The notes beneath the pieces are model-generated. The model ran no database searches, had not been told where the DNA came from, and saw nothing but the letters and a program-made list of their open reading frames with translations. From Bacillota bacterium (GTDB lineage Bacteria; Bacillota_I; Bacilli_A; RFN20; CAG-826), in the NCBI GenBank assembly GCA_023393065.1, contig JAEWMX010000007.1:13033-77032 (forward strand): a stretch of DNA of 64,000 bases, written 5' to 3'. The position numbers and the translations under genes are program-made. Shown piece after piece: positions 28,862 through 40,115 of this stretch (positions within the stretch are counted from its first letter, which is position 1; every line of letters starts with the position of its first letter).

Positions 28862-29698
28862 CTAAAAACGCGATTTGGGATGAAGATGGATGGCTTCTAG
28901 TTTTTCCATATCTTCGTTAGCGATGACAAAATCGAGCTCGGCATTGTTTTTGATGCGTTCTTCGTGCGTCGACTTCGGAAGCGGGAGAGTATTTTGCTGA
29001 ATTGTGTAGCGAAGGGCGATCTGGGCCGGGCTCACGCCGTATTTGATAGCGAGTTTCTTCACGATAGCCAGCTTAAAGACGCGTCCTGACATCAACGGCG
29101 AATAAGCTTCAAAAAGGATATTATTCTTTTGGCAATACGCGCGATTTTCAAGTTGCGGTTTTCCGACATAAAAAGGCATTTGATTAACATGTGGGACAAA
29201 GCCTGTCGCCGCGATGAGCAACTCGATGTCGCCAATGGCAAAATTCGAGACTCCAATGGCCCGAACTCGTTTCGCTTTGTATAAATCGATCATGGCTTTC
29301 CAAGCTTCGATGTTTCCGGCCGTGTGATTAGTCCCGATGGCCGTCCATGGCCACGGGGCGTGAATCAAGTAGAGATCGATGTAGTCAAGGCCGAGTCTTT
29401 TTAGCGACTTATTAAATTCTTTAACTGCACCGTCATACGTCTTTATTTGCGAGGGTAGTTTGGTCGTCACAAAAATAAGTCCGCGATCAAGTCCCGAGTC
29501 CTTAATCGCCTGCCCGACGCTCTTTTCGTTGCGATAGACGGTCGCGGTATCGATGTGGCGATAACCATTTTTTAAAGCTAATAAAACTGATTCATAAGCT
29601 TCTTTCCCTTGTTTGACTCTCCAGGTTCCGAAGCCGATTTTGGGGATTTTCACACCATTGGCAAGTTCATAAGAGCTCTCGAGTACTTTTTCCTTCAT
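28862..29698 (-). CDS. aldo/keto reductase
   Basis: GFGTW, YRHIDTATVYRNE, IDLYLIHAPWP, SNF motifs; 278 aa. Confidence 0.85.
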   Translation of the reverse strand: MKEKVLESSYELANGVKIPKIGFGTWRVKQGKEAYESVLLALKNGYRHIDTATVYRNEKSVGQAIKDSGLDRGLIFVTTKLPSQIKTYDGAVKEFNKSLKRLGLDYIDLYLIHAPWPWTAIGTNHTAGNIEAWKAMIDLYKAKRVRAIGVSNFAIGDIELLIAATGFVPHVNQMPFYVGKPQLENRAYCQKNNILFEAYSPLMSGRVFKLAIVKKLAIKYGVSPAQIALRYTIQQNTLPLPKSTHEERIKNNAELDFVIANEDMEKLEAIHLHPKSRF

Positions 29699-29728
29699 CG
29701 GATTGATATCTCCTTGCTTATATTATAG

Positions 29729-31549
29729 CTAGTCAATTGACTTTCGCGGGGTTTTCCTTTTTCTTTCGAGTTCGGTCAAATACATTTTGCGCATGCGATA
29801 GGTCGTGGGAGTAATCTCTAAGAGCTCATCATCATTTAAGTAGGCCAAACAATTTTCAAGCGACATTAGTCGCGGCGCTCTTAAAACGACTTTTTGCTCT
29901 TTGGTCGACATTCTCATATTCGTTAATTCTTTGGCTCTCGTGACATTGATAATTAAATCGCTGCTATAGCGGTTCTCGCCGACGATCATGCCTTCATAAA
30001 CTTCGGTTTGAGGAAGGATAAACATCGTTCCGCGAGCTTCAAGACCTTCGATGGCATAAGTCGTGCTCATGCCCGTGTCGGAAGCGATTAAGACGCCGAG
30101 CGTTCGCCCTTTGACTTGGAAATTGGTGACGGGGCGATGGTTTTTATATAGGTGGCTCATCAAGCCATAGCCTTTCGTCAAGGTCATAATTTGCGCGTGC
30201 AAGCCAATGAGGGCCGCCGCGGCGATGTTATAGGTGAGGCGAGCGTTGACTTCGCCATAATCGATATTGATGACTTCGGCTTGGCGATTAGCTAAAGCTT
30301 CCATCACCGCTCCGAGGCTCTCGGAAGGAATGTCGAGAAACAATTCTTCAAAAGGCTCATGGGCGATGCCATCAATAAACTTAATTATTGCTTTAGGCTT
30401 GCTCACTTCGAGTTCATAACCTTCGCGGCGCATATTTTCAATTAAGATACCGAGATGGAGTTCGCCGCGCCCGGAGACGAGAAAGCGGTCGCTTCCTTCG
30501 ATAAGCGCAACTTTTAAGGCGACATCGCGCTGTATTTCTTTTTCTAGGCGCGCCTGCAATTGGCGAAAAGTGACAAATTTGCCATCCCTTCCGGCAAAAG
30601 GTGAACTATTTGGAGCAAAAGTCATCTGCAAAGTCGGTTCGCTGATGGCTATGGGGGGCAGAGGCATCACATGATCTGGATTGCAGATTGTCTCGCCGAC
30701 ATTGATGTCCGCCAGCCCGGCGACGCCGACGATATCACCGGCATGGGCTTCTTCTAATTCAATTTTATTAATGCCGACGAAGCGATACATTTTCATGATC
30801 TTGCCAAGCTTATTAGTTTTATCAAGGCGCGCTAAAGTGATCGTCTCTCCGACGCGCATCGTGCCCGACTTGACGAGGCCGATGCCGATGCGTCCGACAA
30901 AGTCGTTGTAATCAAGGAGGCTCGGTTGAAACTGCAAGGGACCATAGCGATTGATTTTGGGTCCCGGTATCTCGCTGATAATCAAATCGAGAATCGACTC
31001 CATTCCCGGCTTTTGATCCCTAGGATCAGGCGACAGGCTGCTCGTTCCCAAGAGCGCCGAAGCATAGGCGACTTTAAAGTCGAGATATTCTTCCGGAGCA
31101 TCGAGGGCGATAAAGAGTTCTAAGACATCATTTAAGACTTTTTTGATATCGATGTTAGGCCGGTCGATTTTGTTGATGACGACGATGGGTTTAACATGAG
31201 CTTCGAGGGCTTTCTTTAAAACGAAACGGGTTTGCGGCATCGTGCTTTCGTGGGCGTCGATGAGCAGCAAGCAGCCATCGACCATGTTCATGATGCGCTC
31301 GACTTCACCGCCGAAATCAGCGTGTCCGGGCGTATCGAGAATATTGATTTGTAAGCCTTTGTATTGAATGCCGGTCGCTTTGGCTAAAATGGTGATGCCT
31401 CGTTCCCTTTCAAGATCGTTTGAATCCATCAAGCGCTCCGAGGAGGTTTCATTGTCGCGAAAAAGATGCGCGGTGCGAAACAGTTGATCAACCATTGTCG
31501 TCTTTCCGTGATCGACGTGAGCGATAATTGCGATATTGCGAATATCCAT
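29729..31549 (-). CDS. typA: translational GTPase TypA/BipA
   Basis: [32 protein letters not shown]. Start ATG 31549 is preferred; the alternative is ATG 31573 as in the track. Confidence 0.9.
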   Translation of the reverse strand: MDIRNIAIIAHVDHGKTTMVDQLFRTAHLFRDNETSSERLMDSNDLERERGITILAKATGIQYKGLQINILDTPGHADFGGEVERIMNMVDGCLLLIDAHESTMPQTRFVLKKALEAHVKPIVVINKIDRPNIDIKKVLNDVLELFIALDAPEEYLDFKVAYASALLGTSSLSPDPRDQKPGMESILDLIISEIPGPKINRYGPLQFQPSLLDYNDFVGRIGIGLVKSGTMRVGETITLARLDKTNKLGKIMKMYRFVGINKIELEEAHAGDIVGVAGLADINVGETICNPDHVMPLPPIAISEPTLQMTFAPNSSPFAGRDGKFVTFRQLQARLEKEIQRDVALKVALIEGSDRFLVSGRGELHLGILIENMRREGYELEVSKPKAIIKFIDGIAHEPFEELFLDIPSESLGAVMEALANRQAEVINIDYGEVNARLTYNIAAAALIGLHAQIMTLTKGYGLMSHLYKNHRPVTNFQVKGRTLGVLIASDTGMSTTYAIEGLEARGTMFILPQTEVYEGMIVGENRYSSDLIINVTRAKELTNMRMSTKEQKVVLRAPRLMSLENCLAYLNDDELLEITPTTYRMRKMYLTELERKRKTPRKSID

Positions 31550-31644
31550 AAAATTTTCCAGCGAGATAAGCATATGCTTAAAAGACGACTATTGCACGAA
31601 AAATATAAATTATTTATATCGAAATATTTAATTATTTATAGCGA

Positions 31645-33888
31645 TTAGATGGTAATGCATCCGGAAATAGGCAGGAACCCGAGCAAGACCATCTGACTGC
31701 CGGGTTCGCCGCCTAGCATGGCGATACCGCGAATCGTAACTACTTGGTCGACATAAGTCGCAAGTGTCGAACGCGAAGCGGGAGCGGTCGGATAAATGTA
31801 GATGCTATCAGAACCCGATGTCAAGACGAATAACGAGTTGGCGGGATCGCTGGGATTCATATAAGACAAGGTGCCGGAAAGCTCATAATAGCGGAAGTCA
31901 GATGCGACATATTCATGATTCAAAGCGGCAAAGTCAGCTAGGCTGATAGGTGTGGGAGTCATCGGCATCGATTGACCGGTCGCCACCACGTGATCGATCG
32001 TGCGATGCGGTTCGTTATATAGGAAGACGGCCGTACCGGAAGTCATCTTATAACCGACGGCCACGACCTCATCCCCAGGAGCGATGCTGCCGTTATCGGT
32101 ATTGATGTAAATTATGCCAGTCGAATCAGCGACCAAGAGGATGAAATTCTCGCCTGAGGTCTGCGAATTTAAGACGACGCATTGAATGACGCGACTTTCC
32201 GTTTGACTATCCGGTAATAACTTGAGGTCAGCGATCGAAATGATGAGATCAGGATCGACATGAAGCTGAATATCAAAGCTTTCGTTGACTGTTTCGTGAA
32301 GGACGGCATAAATGTGAACATCAATGTAGATTTCTTCGGTTATATCTTCGGCGATACGCTGTGTCACAATGCTATATTTGCTAGCATGCGTGCCGAAGGT
32401 CTCATAGGTGAGAGTAATAGGCACGACATCGTGCACCGCCGGCAAGTCAACAAGCTGTCCGGGAAAGTAAGTCGGTGATTCGAACGCTCCGCGAAACATG
32501 GTTTCAAGAAGAGCGAGCAATTCTGCATCTCCTCCTTCTCCATCATAATCGAGATCGATGAAATTTTCGCTTCCGTTAAAAATAAACATCAAAATGATGT
32601 TTTCCGGATCGTCCATATTCGGAAGGATGATACCGCGAATATTGACTCGGAATCCATTGTAGGCGCCTATATAGTTGAAATCGCCTTCGCCGATGACGAT
32701 GATAGGCATCGTATCGGGATCGCTTGTCAGCGTCACTTGATGAGTGTTGTAATCAACCCCAATCGTGCCATTAATCTGAGCGTACACGACCCAATTATCA
32801 GGTTCATCGGCAGCAAGGGCATTGTATTGAGCTACCGTTAAGGTGGTCGGGGCGAGGGGAATCTCATTATCGTGAGAATAAAGATCGACGCTTATCGCGC
32901 CTCCCGAGCCACCCTCCATCGTCACTAAAGTGTCTTGCATCGCATAATATCCGCCGGCGCGAATCTCATCGCCGACTATTACTTCTTGATAGCCAAAGAG
33001 AATCAAAGTCTCACTAGCATCGGCAATCACGATTAATTCCATGTCGCTCTTGCCTAACATGACCACGCCGCGAACGAAGTGATGTTCGGCATTTTCCGGA
33101 GCTTCCAAGGACTTAAACTCGGAAATCGTCAAAACCGGCCATGCCGGATCGATGCCCCATTTGGCATAAAGAATCAAATCGTCTTCTGGCATCGTCGCAA
33201 AAGTGTATTCATTAGTTAGCGATGCTTCGGTATACCATCCATCTAACAAATAGCCGTCTTTGGTCGGATCGCTCGGCGCTTCGACTACCGAACCGGGAGC
33301 TTGTGTGATAGGCGCGACAGCTGAACCGCCATTAGTGACGAATTCGATCGTCGAATGGGAATCGACGCAGCTGTAGTTTATGACAAGGGATGCTAGAGAT
33401 AAATCACCAGACCCGCTATTGGTAAAAGAAAAGAAGTAAGGATCGGTAGAGAAGTAATGCGGAATTTCCGAGGTTAAGACCGTCGAACTGACCATCGTCG
33501 TTTTTGTCGGCCCGTGATAAAGGGTTGCTTCTCCCCCTGAAAAAGTCGCAGTTATCGATTTAATCGATGAAATGCGAGTGGTGACGCTATTGGCAAGCGT
33601 TCCTCCCGCGGCCAAAACGACATGGGTGCTCAAAGCCAACTTAGCCGATGTGTAGTTAAAATCAACATAGCGACCCCGACCGGTTCCGGGGCCGAATTCT
33701 TCCGTGCTCAAATTAGTTGGAGAATTGCTTTCGTTTAATATAATCGTGTATGAAGCATCACCATAGGTCAGATGTTGGAGCATTTGGCCGTTGTTGCCAA
33801 TCGCAAAAATGGCGATGGCGACAATCGAACTTATCGAACTAAAAATAAGAAACTTGCGCTTCTTTTTCGTCAATTGATTATCAGTCAT
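31645..33888 (-). CDS. large cell-surface protein with a Listeria/Bacteroides-type (Flg_new) repeat
   Basis: N-terminal signal anchor. EFVTNGGSAVAPI...PTKDGYLLDGWYTE...LILYAKW repeat. The remainder is unassigned. Confidence 0.6.
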   Translation of the reverse strand: MTDNQLTKKKRKFLIFSSISSIVAIAIFAIGNNGQMLQHLTYGDASYTIILNESNSPTNLSTEEFGPGTGRGRYVDFNYTSAKLALSTHVVLAAGGTLANSVTTRISSIKSITATFSGGEATLYHGPTKTTMVSSTVLTSEIPHYFSTDPYFFSFTNSGSGDLSLASLVINYSCVDSHSTIEFVTNGGSAVAPITQAPGSVVEAPSDPTKDGYLLDGWYTEASLTNEYTFATMPEDDLILYAKWGIDPAWPVLTISEFKSLEAPENAEHHFVRGVVMLGKSDMELIVIADASETLILFGYQEVIVGDEIRAGGYYAMQDTLVTMEGGSGGAISVDLYSHDNEIPLAPTTLTVAQYNALAADEPDNWVVYAQINGTIGVDYNTHQVTLTSDPDTMPIIVIGEGDFNYIGAYNGFRVNIRGIILPNMDDPENIILMFIFNGSENFIDLDYDGEGGDAELLALLETMFRGAFESPTYFPGQLVDLPAVHDVVPITLTYETFGTHASKYSIVTQRIAEDITEEIYIDVHIYAVLHETVNESFDIQLHVDPDLIISIADLKLLPDSQTESRVIQCVVLNSQTSGENFILLVADSTGIIYINTDNGSIAPGDEVVAVGYKMTSGTAVFLYNEPHRTIDHVVATGQSMPMTPTPISLADFAALNHEYVASDFRYYELSGTLSYMNPSDPANSLFVLTSGSDSIYIYPTAPASRSTLATYVDQVVTIRGIAMLGGEPGSQMVLLGFLPISGCITI

Positions 33889-34089
33889 TTTTTAACTCCT
33901 TATGCTGTTCGCAAAATCGATGACAGAATAATATTTGATAGATGGCTGGAGCCTTTTAGAGTGTTGGAAAAATCTTTTATCTATTATCAGTTAATAGACA
34001 AATCACAAAATAAAGCAATAGATATATAGACTTTGGTTTTATAACATCTAGATAAATTGACTCGAACATAAGGGGTAACAAAAAAGGAT

Positions 34090-35457
34090 TTATTTGCTCG
34101 TTTTTGTTTTTTTATATCCGCGATATTTTTGTCGTTCGCCAAAAATTTGATGACTTGCCTCGGACGCCTTGTTGGCGGTGCTGGCCCCATGGTTTTTTGA
34201 AGAAAATGGCTCGCGGCGAAGAGATAATGATTTGTTATCTACTCTTGGTTGCTTTTTTTCAAGGTTCTTATTAAAGGGGTTGTTTTGACGAGTGACTTCG
34301 GGTTCTTGTGCGACTGCTTCTTTAGGAGGAAAAGCGAGTGGGCAATTTAACACGGGAATTTCCATGCTGATATGCTTTTGAACGTCTTTAAGTAACGGCA
34401 ATTCATCGCGAGAGCAAAAGCTGATGGTGATGCCAGCTTCTCCGGCTCGTCCGGTCCGCCCCATGCGATGGAGATAAGTTTCTGGGGTTTGTGGCATGTC
34501 ATAGTTAAAAACATGCGAGATTTGACTTATGTCAAGTCCTCTAGCCGCAATATCGGTGGCAATCATCACTCGGCTCTCGTGAGCCTTAAAACTCTTTAAG
34601 GCCGCCGTTCGAGCATTTTGACTTTTGTTGCCGTGAATTACTTCGGTATTATATGGTTGTTCAAGGAGTTTTTTTGAGAGGCGATTGGCACCGTTTTTCG
34701 TGCGGCAAAAAACAAGAGTTGACAAGATCGTTTTATCTTTGAGCAAATGCATGAGCAAGGCAGCTTTATTTTCCTTTTCGACACGGTATAAACTTTGGGA
34801 GATGGCCGCTAAAGGGCGTTGGACGCTGCCGATAGAAATTCGGACTGGATGATTAAGCAAACTTCCTGCAAGAGAGAGAATCTCTTTGGGCATGGTCGCC
34901 GAGAAAAGCATCGTCTGCCGATCGTAGGGTAGTTTGGATATTATCCTGCGGATATCAGGCAAAAAACCCATATCCAGCATCTGATCGGCTTCATCGAGAA
35001 CAAAGTAATTGACTCTGCTTAAATCAACTAGCTTTGCGTCTGCCAAGTCAAGGAGTCGTCCGGGAGTGGCGACGAGGATGTCGATACCGCTGCGAAGATT
35101 ATGAATTTGCGGTCCTTTGGGGACACCACCAAAGATGACACTGACTTTTACTTTTGCATACTTGCCATACTGTTTTATCGATGTTCCAATTTGCGCAGCT
35201 AACTCGCGAGTGGGGGCAACGATAAGACTCGTCAAAATAGGCGCTTGAAATGACGAACGATTAGTTATTATTTTTTGAAGTAAGGGAATAGCATAAGCTG
35301 CCGTTTTGCCGGTTCCGGTCTGGGCGGTTCCCAACAAATCGAAACCCTCAAGCAAAGGAGGAATAGCCTGCACTTGGATGGGGGTGGGATCAACATAGTC
35401 TAAATCGGTGATGGCCTTGAGAATCGGGTCACTAATTTTTAATTGAGTAAAATACAT
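34090..35457 (-). CDS. DEAD-box ATP-dependent RNA helicase
   Basis: AQTGTGKTAAY, PTRELA, VLDEADQML, SAT, HRMGRTGRAG; basic C-terminal tail. Confidence 0.9.
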   Translation of the reverse strand: MYFTQLKISDPILKAITDLDYVDPTPIQVQAIPPLLEGFDLLGTAQTGTGKTAAYAIPLLQKIITNRSSFQAPILTSLIVAPTRELAAQIGTSIKQYGKYAKVKVSVIFGGVPKGPQIHNLRSGIDILVATPGRLLDLADAKLVDLSRVNYFVLDEADQMLDMGFLPDIRRIISKLPYDRQTMLFSATMPKEILSLAGSLLNHPVRISIGSVQRPLAAISQSLYRVEKENKAALLMHLLKDKTILSTLVFCRTKNGANRLSKKLLEQPYNTEVIHGNKSQNARTAALKSFKAHESRVMIATDIAARGLDISQISHVFNYDMPQTPETYLHRMGRTGRAGEAGITISFCSRDELPLLKDVQKHISMEIPVLNCPLAFPPKEAVAQEPEVTRQNNPFNKNLEKKQPRVDNKSLSLRREPFSSKNHGASTANKASEASHQIFGERQKYRGYKKTKTSK

Positions 35458-35717
35458 ATTTATATCCTTCTGGTCAGTAAATTAAGACTCGCAGCTAGTT
35501 ACTGACTAAAGCGGGCAATTTATTAAAGACGATTTATAATAACATGGTTACTTATATTTAGCACGGTTCTTTTTATATAAATAAAAAAGATCTGTCTTTG
35601 CCTAGTCTCACCGCAACAATTGGCGAGTCTATAATCAAACAAATCTTATGCTTTAGTTAGAGCGAGTCGCAAGAGGATGGGCAATAGTCCAATAAACGGA
35701 GGTAATTTCAAAGAAAA

Positions 35718-35805
35718 TGGTGCCTGCGGCCGGACTTGAACCGGCACGAGATCATCTCTCGATGGATTTTGAGTCCATTGCGTCTACCAGTTTCACCACG
35801 CAGGC
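35718..35805 (-). tRNA. tRNA-Leu(CAA)
   Basis: Reverse complement GCCTGCGTGGTGAAACTGGTAGACGCAATGGACTCAAAATCCATCGAGAGATGATCTCGTGCCGGTTCAAGTCCGGCCGCAGGCACCA. Long variable arm, anticodon loop CTCAAAA. Confidence 0.88.
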
Positions 35806-35918
35806 ACTGAAGATATTATAAACATCGCTATCTTAAATGCCAAATTATTTATAATTTCATTGTTCTTAATTTGCGGTCGCAATTATTAATGTCTATAATG
35901 AAAAATTGAGGTGATGCT

Positions 35919-36344
35919 ATGAACATACTTCTCTATCTTCTTCCCAAAGCACAAGTCGAGTATATCTACGATGACTATACGATTAGACAAGCACTAGAAA
36001 AAATGGAATACCACCACTACAGCACCATTCCCGTTATTTCTCGGAAAGGCAAGTATGTCGGATCTATCTCCGAGGGGGATCTACTGTGGGAGATAAAACG
36101 TTATCGACTGAATCTTGAAGACTGTGAGAAGCATCCGATTTCAAGTATTACTCCCCATAAAAAAATCGCTCCCATATCAGCGGATAAGCAGATGAGCGAT
36201 ATCGTCGAAATCATCATCAATCAAAACTTCGTACCGGTCGTCGATGACCTGGAGAATTTCATCGGCATCGTCACCCGAAAATCAGTTATCAATTTCCTGA
36301 CTAACGAACTCAATAAAAGAAACGGTATAAACAATAAGCAATAG
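35919..36344 (+). CDS. CBS domain-containing protein
   Basis: 141 aa with a two-CBS-repeat pattern (IPVISRKGKYVGSISEGDLL; FVPVVDDLENFIGIVTRKSVI). GAGGTG RBS and a TATAAT box upstream. Confidence 0.7.
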   Translation: MNILLYLLPKAQVEYIYDDYTIRQALEKMEYHHYSTIPVISRKGKYVGSISEGDLLWEIKRYRLNLEDCEKHPISSITPHKKIAPISADKQMSDIVEIIINQNFVPVVDDLENFIGIVTRKSVINFLTNELNKRNGINNKQ

Positions 36345-36345
36345 C

Positions 36346-37293
36346 CTATTTGACATCGACCCAATAACGGCGCGTAACACGCTCCTGACCTTCAATTATA
36401 TTAGTCACCTTGTCATGGAGAATACCGCCGTTTTTTTCGATGATTTTTATTGAACCGACATTGCTTTCATCACATGTGATGAGAACCTTGCGAAAGCCGA
36501 ATATTTCCCGAATGTAATCGAGGGCCAGAGCGAGCATCTTCGTCCCATAGCCTCTTCGCCTCTGATCTTGACGAACGCGATAGCCGATGTGACCTCCGAA
36601 GCGGAGGAGGAGGTCGGTCAAGTCGTGGCGAATCGAGATTTCGCCGATGAACTGCTTTCGCTTAACAAGCCACAAATAAGTTCCGCTAACCCAGCCATAT
36701 GGCAAATTTTTGCCGTGTCGAGCATCGCCAATTTTTGCAAGGACGTTCGGAACAAAGGGATTGACAAAGCCATCACCGGTGTGGTCGAGGAAAATCCTCG
36801 TTTCAAGATAGGATTTAAGAAATATTTTTGACGGAATGACGAGGCGAATTAAGTCCTCATCTGTATAAGCGATATCGGGTTTGTTTGATAAGTGCATCTT
36901 CGCTTTTCTTAAAACCTCACGATCGGTTTCGTGAGTAATTAATTTTAAAGCTTTGCGATAGCCACACCATAATAAGACATCAACTTCTGAACTCTGCTTT
37001 TTGATTCGTCCGCCGACGGGTGTGGCCACAAAGAAAACCACTTCCTTAATAATCTTTAGATTATTTCGATATGGCGAGTATGCGATAACTTCTCGAAAGC
37101 GATTGTCGATGACAACATCGAGGTTTGTCTCTTCTTTAATTTCGCGATAAGCAGTCATGATTTCGCTCTCGCCATCTTCGACGTGACCTTTGATTAAGGA
37201 ATAGTGACCGCGTTTCATCTTGGCGACCAAAAAGACGAGGCGCGTGCCGAGATATTTGTAGATAACAGCCCCGCAGCTCTTTTCTTTTTTCAT
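36346..37293 (-). CDS. NUDIX hydrolase fused to GNAT N-acetyltransferase
   Basis: N-terminal Nudix box GHVEDGESEIMTAYREIKEETNL. C-terminal GNAT motif RQDQRRRGYGTKMLALALDY. Confidence 0.7.
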   Translation of the reverse strand: MKKEKSCGAVIYKYLGTRLVFLVAKMKRGHYSLIKGHVEDGESEIMTAYREIKEETNLDVVIDNRFREVIAYSPYRNNLKIIKEVVFFVATPVGGRIKKQSSEVDVLLWCGYRKALKLITHETDREVLRKAKMHLSNKPDIAYTDEDLIRLVIPSKIFLKSYLETRIFLDHTGDGFVNPFVPNVLAKIGDARHGKNLPYGWVSGTYLWLVKRKQFIGEISIRHDLTDLLLRFGGHIGYRVRQDQRRRGYGTKMLALALDYIREIFGFRKVLITCDESNVGSIKIIEKNGGILHDKVTNIIEGQERVTRRYWVDVK

Positions 37294-37329
37294 ACTCGTA
37301 TTCTAGCAAAATAAAGGTGCGAAATTAAC

Positions 37330-37356
37330 AAAAAAAGACACCGATTGTGGCGTCTT
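37330..37356 (-). terminator. intrinsic terminator after tRNA-Arg
   Basis: Minus strand: AGACGCC-ACAATC-GGTGTCT followed by seven T residues. Confidence 0.7.
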
Positions 37357-37364
37357 TGATATTG

Positions 37365-37442
37365 TGGCGCGCTCGAGACGATTTGAACGTCCGACCCCAA
37401 CCTTCGGAGGGTTGTGCTCTATCCGGGCTGAGCTACGAGCGC
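37365..37442 (-). tRNA. tRNA-Arg(CCG)
   Basis: Reverse complement GCGCTCGTAGCTCAGCCCGGATAGAGCACAACCCTCCGAAGGTTGGGGTCGGACGTTCAAATCGTCTCGAGCGCGCCA. Anticodon loop CTCCGAA. Confidence 0.85.
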
Positions 37443-37574
37443 ATTAACGTAATTATGATACTGCAAAATCACGCGAAAAACATTTTAACTTATTAATCTG
37501 ATAACTACAAAAGAAAATGATGACTATAAACTATCATAATAAGTGATTATAATGACTTTATCTAAGGCGGACAA

Positions 37575-38261
37575 ATGAGAGACGAAAAAACAAAAGAAGA
37601 AGTCATATCGTTCTGGGATCGCCACTTTCATAATCTGAAGGCGATGGCGATAGCAAAAAGCGACATCGCAATTAATACCCCTCTTGATGAGTGCCTGCAA
37701 ATCCTCGGTGATTCATGCGACGAAGTTTTAGATATCGCTTGCGGCAACGGCCTCGCTCTCATCGAAGCTAAATTAATCGGTGGAAAAATGAGAAGTGGGG
37801 TTGGTTTTGACTCATCGAAAAATGCGATTGAAAACGCCAATGAGATAGTAGCCATGTCAAAGATTGCTGATCTCCGTTTTGAAGTCGGCGACGAATCGTT
37901 TCTTTCAAAAATCAGCGATAGTAGTTTCGACGGAATCTTCTGCTCAAACTTTCTCGATGTCATACCAGATTCCCTGACGCTGAAAGTCATCGAAGAAATA
38001 AAAAGGATTATACGACCAAACGGCTTGATATTATTGAAATTCAATTTCTATTTAACTGATGATCTCATCGCTCGTCTAAAAATGGATCAGCTCGCCCCTA
38101 GTTGCTATGCGATTAATGGCGTTTTTCGCGCGAACAATAAAACGACTGAGACATGGATTTCGTTATTTAACGGATTTGAAGTTGTTAAGCAAGCGGGTTT
38201 TCAAAGAGCGCCCGGCCTTCCTGAGGACCGTCTTCTATTATTAAAAAAAGGCGCTAAATAA
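37575..38261 (+). CDS. class I SAM-dependent methyltransferase
   Basis: Motif I VLDIACGNG and post-I/II pattern; 228 aa. Confidence 0.7.
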   Translation: MRDEKTKEEVISFWDRHFHNLKAMAIAKSDIAINTPLDECLQILGDSCDEVLDIACGNGLALIEAKLIGGKMRSGVGFDSSKNAIENANEIVAMSKIADLRFEVGDESFLSKISDSSFDGIFCSNFLDVIPDSLTLKVIEEIKRIIRPNGLILLKFNFYLTDDLIARLKMDQLAPSCYAINGVFRANNKTTETWISLFNGFEVVKQAGFQRAPGLPEDRLLLLKKGAK

Positions 38262-38322
38262 GCCAATTATATTCAATTTGCTATATATTTGACGCCGTTT
38301 TTATGTGTCTTGATTGAGTGGA

Positions 38323-40104
38323 TTAAGGGCCTTCGTCTTCGCGATCTGGAAACATGCTCAAGCTATAAGTGGTCGAGACTCCGACGCTACCTGTCATCAC
38401 ATAGTCCGTGATAAGTAAATTGTTTGTCGTAACGACTGCATAATATACTTTACCATCGATGTTTGGATAATCTTTAGTGTTGTAATATGCGGTCCCATTA
38501 TAAGTGCCATCAAATCTGAGCAAGGTGTGTTTCATCATATAATTTTCGGCGCCGACGTTTTCAAAAGTGCCGTCTGCTAGTCGGTAGACATAATCGACGC
38601 TTTTCATGGCCGAGGCCTGCGCTCCTGAGGCTTCGTCACTACCGGCTAGTTTCAAGTATAAGAAACCATTTAATTCGTCGTTGTTCGTATTCGAGGCCGA
38701 AACGATGAACTCGTAATCATCGTCGAGTGTCGACTGCAATATTTCGAAATCAAAATAGACTTGCGCCTTGTTGCCGACTTGACCGATTTGAATGCGGATT
38801 TCGCCAAAATTGGTGATGAGGCTCCCGTCGCGTTTGAAGTAATATATCGATAATTTCCCCGGCGTCGCCGCATTTCTTTGACGGGCGAAGACAAGGGCTG
38901 ATATGCCGCCTTTCACCGGTTTAAACCAAACGCTGTTTTTCGGCACCGAAATGGTGTTGCCGTCATATAGGGTGATAGTTGTCGTATTAGAAAATGAAGA
39001 TGTCGAACTCGAATAGGATGGAGGGGTAATGCCAAAAGTGATCATCTTGGTGTCATAGGGCAAGGTTCGATTATAAAAATCGGGTGTGACATAGTTTTCC
39101 CAATTTAATGAAGTCACCTGTGTGATATTTGAACTTAATGCGGTGTAAATCGAGGGGCTGGTCGCAGCGGGGTTAACCTTGATTTTGGAGTTGTATTTAT
39201 ACAACGCGCCTTTGATATCGACTGAAGATGCCGTCAACGCTCCGATATAAAAAGCCGTGTCGGTCGCCGAATTAGGTACGGCACTATAACCAGTCGTCAT
39301 CGTCGTAAATGTGGGAAAGTTCGGATCGATGAGCAAATCGCCACCCGCTAAATCTTCAGGAAGAGAATCCCAAGAGACATATGGGCCAATTCTTCCGACT
39401 AATGAATAGCTGCTTCGAACTTCGATGCTCGTCGTACCTAGCGAAATCTTGGCATTCTTGACTCCGATTGACTGAAGATTACCGTTATTATATCCGGCGA
39501 CGATGCCGACGGCGCTGTCGTTTACTTTATCGGTGACTTCGACGTTTTCTAAAAAGAAAGATTTGGCGGTGCCGATAACCGCCGTGCTCGGATTAATCGA
39601 ATAATTACCGATATTGCCAAAAAAACCGATAGAGGCTCCGACATTGATACTCGAAATGTTAAGCGGCCTAATTTTCCAATCATTGGGATCAGAAGAAACC
39701 CATAAATTTACAATGGTTTTACCATTGCCGTCGAATTCTCCGTAGAAAGGATAGGCATCGGTGCCAATCGGAGGAATCGCGCCGGTCGTCGTCGAATCAT
39801 AGCCAGATAATTCACCGGCCATATCAATGTCATTGTTTAGTTTAAAATAAGTTTTTTGACTATATGGATAGTATCCGCTGTTTTGCAGCCACGTCAAATT
39901 GTATAGATGCTTGGAATTCTTAATGATGAATGGATTGTTCACCGTGCCGTCACCGCCGGCGTAATAATTGCTTGTTGAACTGCCGATAATCGCCGTCTGA
40001 AAGTCGGTCATCGTCGAAAACCAGGCGACGGAAGTGGCGACTATAGATAGAAAAAGACCGCCCGATAAAGCCCCGATGAGAATGATGCTCTTGCGCTTTT
40101 TCAT
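38323..40104 (-). CDS. secreted GLUG-motif / beta-helix-like surface protein with AWF-type N-terminal signal
   Basis: N-terminus MKKRKSIILIGALSGGLFLSIVATSVAWFST. Then GDGTVNNPFIIKNSKHLYNL, YGEFDGNGKTIVNL, GFFGNIGN, GIVAGYNNGNLQSIGV, typical of GLUG-type beta-helix proteins. Confidence 0.55.
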   Translation of the reverse strand: MKKRKSIILIGALSGGLFLSIVATSVAWFSTMTDFQTAIIGSSTSNYYAGGDGTVNNPFIIKNSKHLYNLTWLQNSGYYPYSQKTYFKLNNDIDMAGELSGYDSTTTGAIPPIGTDAYPFYGEFDGNGKTIVNLWVSSDPNDWKIRPLNISSINVGASIGFFGNIGNYSINPSTAVIGTAKSFFLENVEVTDKVNDSAVGIVAGYNNGNLQSIGVKNAKISLGTTSIEVRSSYSLVGRIGPYVSWDSLPEDLAGGDLLIDPNFPTFTTMTTGYSAVPNSATDTAFYIGALTASSVDIKGALYKYNSKIKVNPAATSPSIYTALSSNITQVTSLNWENYVTPDFYNRTLPYDTKMITFGITPPSYSSSTSSFSNTTTITLYDGNTISVPKNSVWFKPVKGGISALVFARQRNAATPGKLSIYYFKRDGSLITNFGEIRIQIGQVGNKAQVYFDFEILQSTLDDDYEFIVSASNTNNDELNGFLYLKLAGSDEASGAQASAMKSVDYVYRLADGTFENVGAENYMMKHTLLRFDGTYNGTAYYNTKDYPNIDGKVYYAVVTTNNLLITDYVMTGSVGVSTTYSLSMFPDREDEGP

Positions 40105-40115
40105 CCTTTATTTCC

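Noticed and set aside
33987-34190. Track ORF of 67 aa on the minus strand overlapping the helicase 3' end.
   Set aside because: It is out of frame with the well-supported DEAD-box helicase gene, has no RBS and has basic low-complexity content, so it is spurious.
35458-35717. 260-nt region upstream of the DEAD-box helicase with an 8-bp hairpin (GTCAGTAA-N18-TTACTGAC) next to the RBS. Considered as a riboswitch or thermosensor.
   Set aside because: No match to any riboswitch consensus I know. A structured 5' UTR is common for cold-induced helicase genes. There is insufficient evidence to call a feature.
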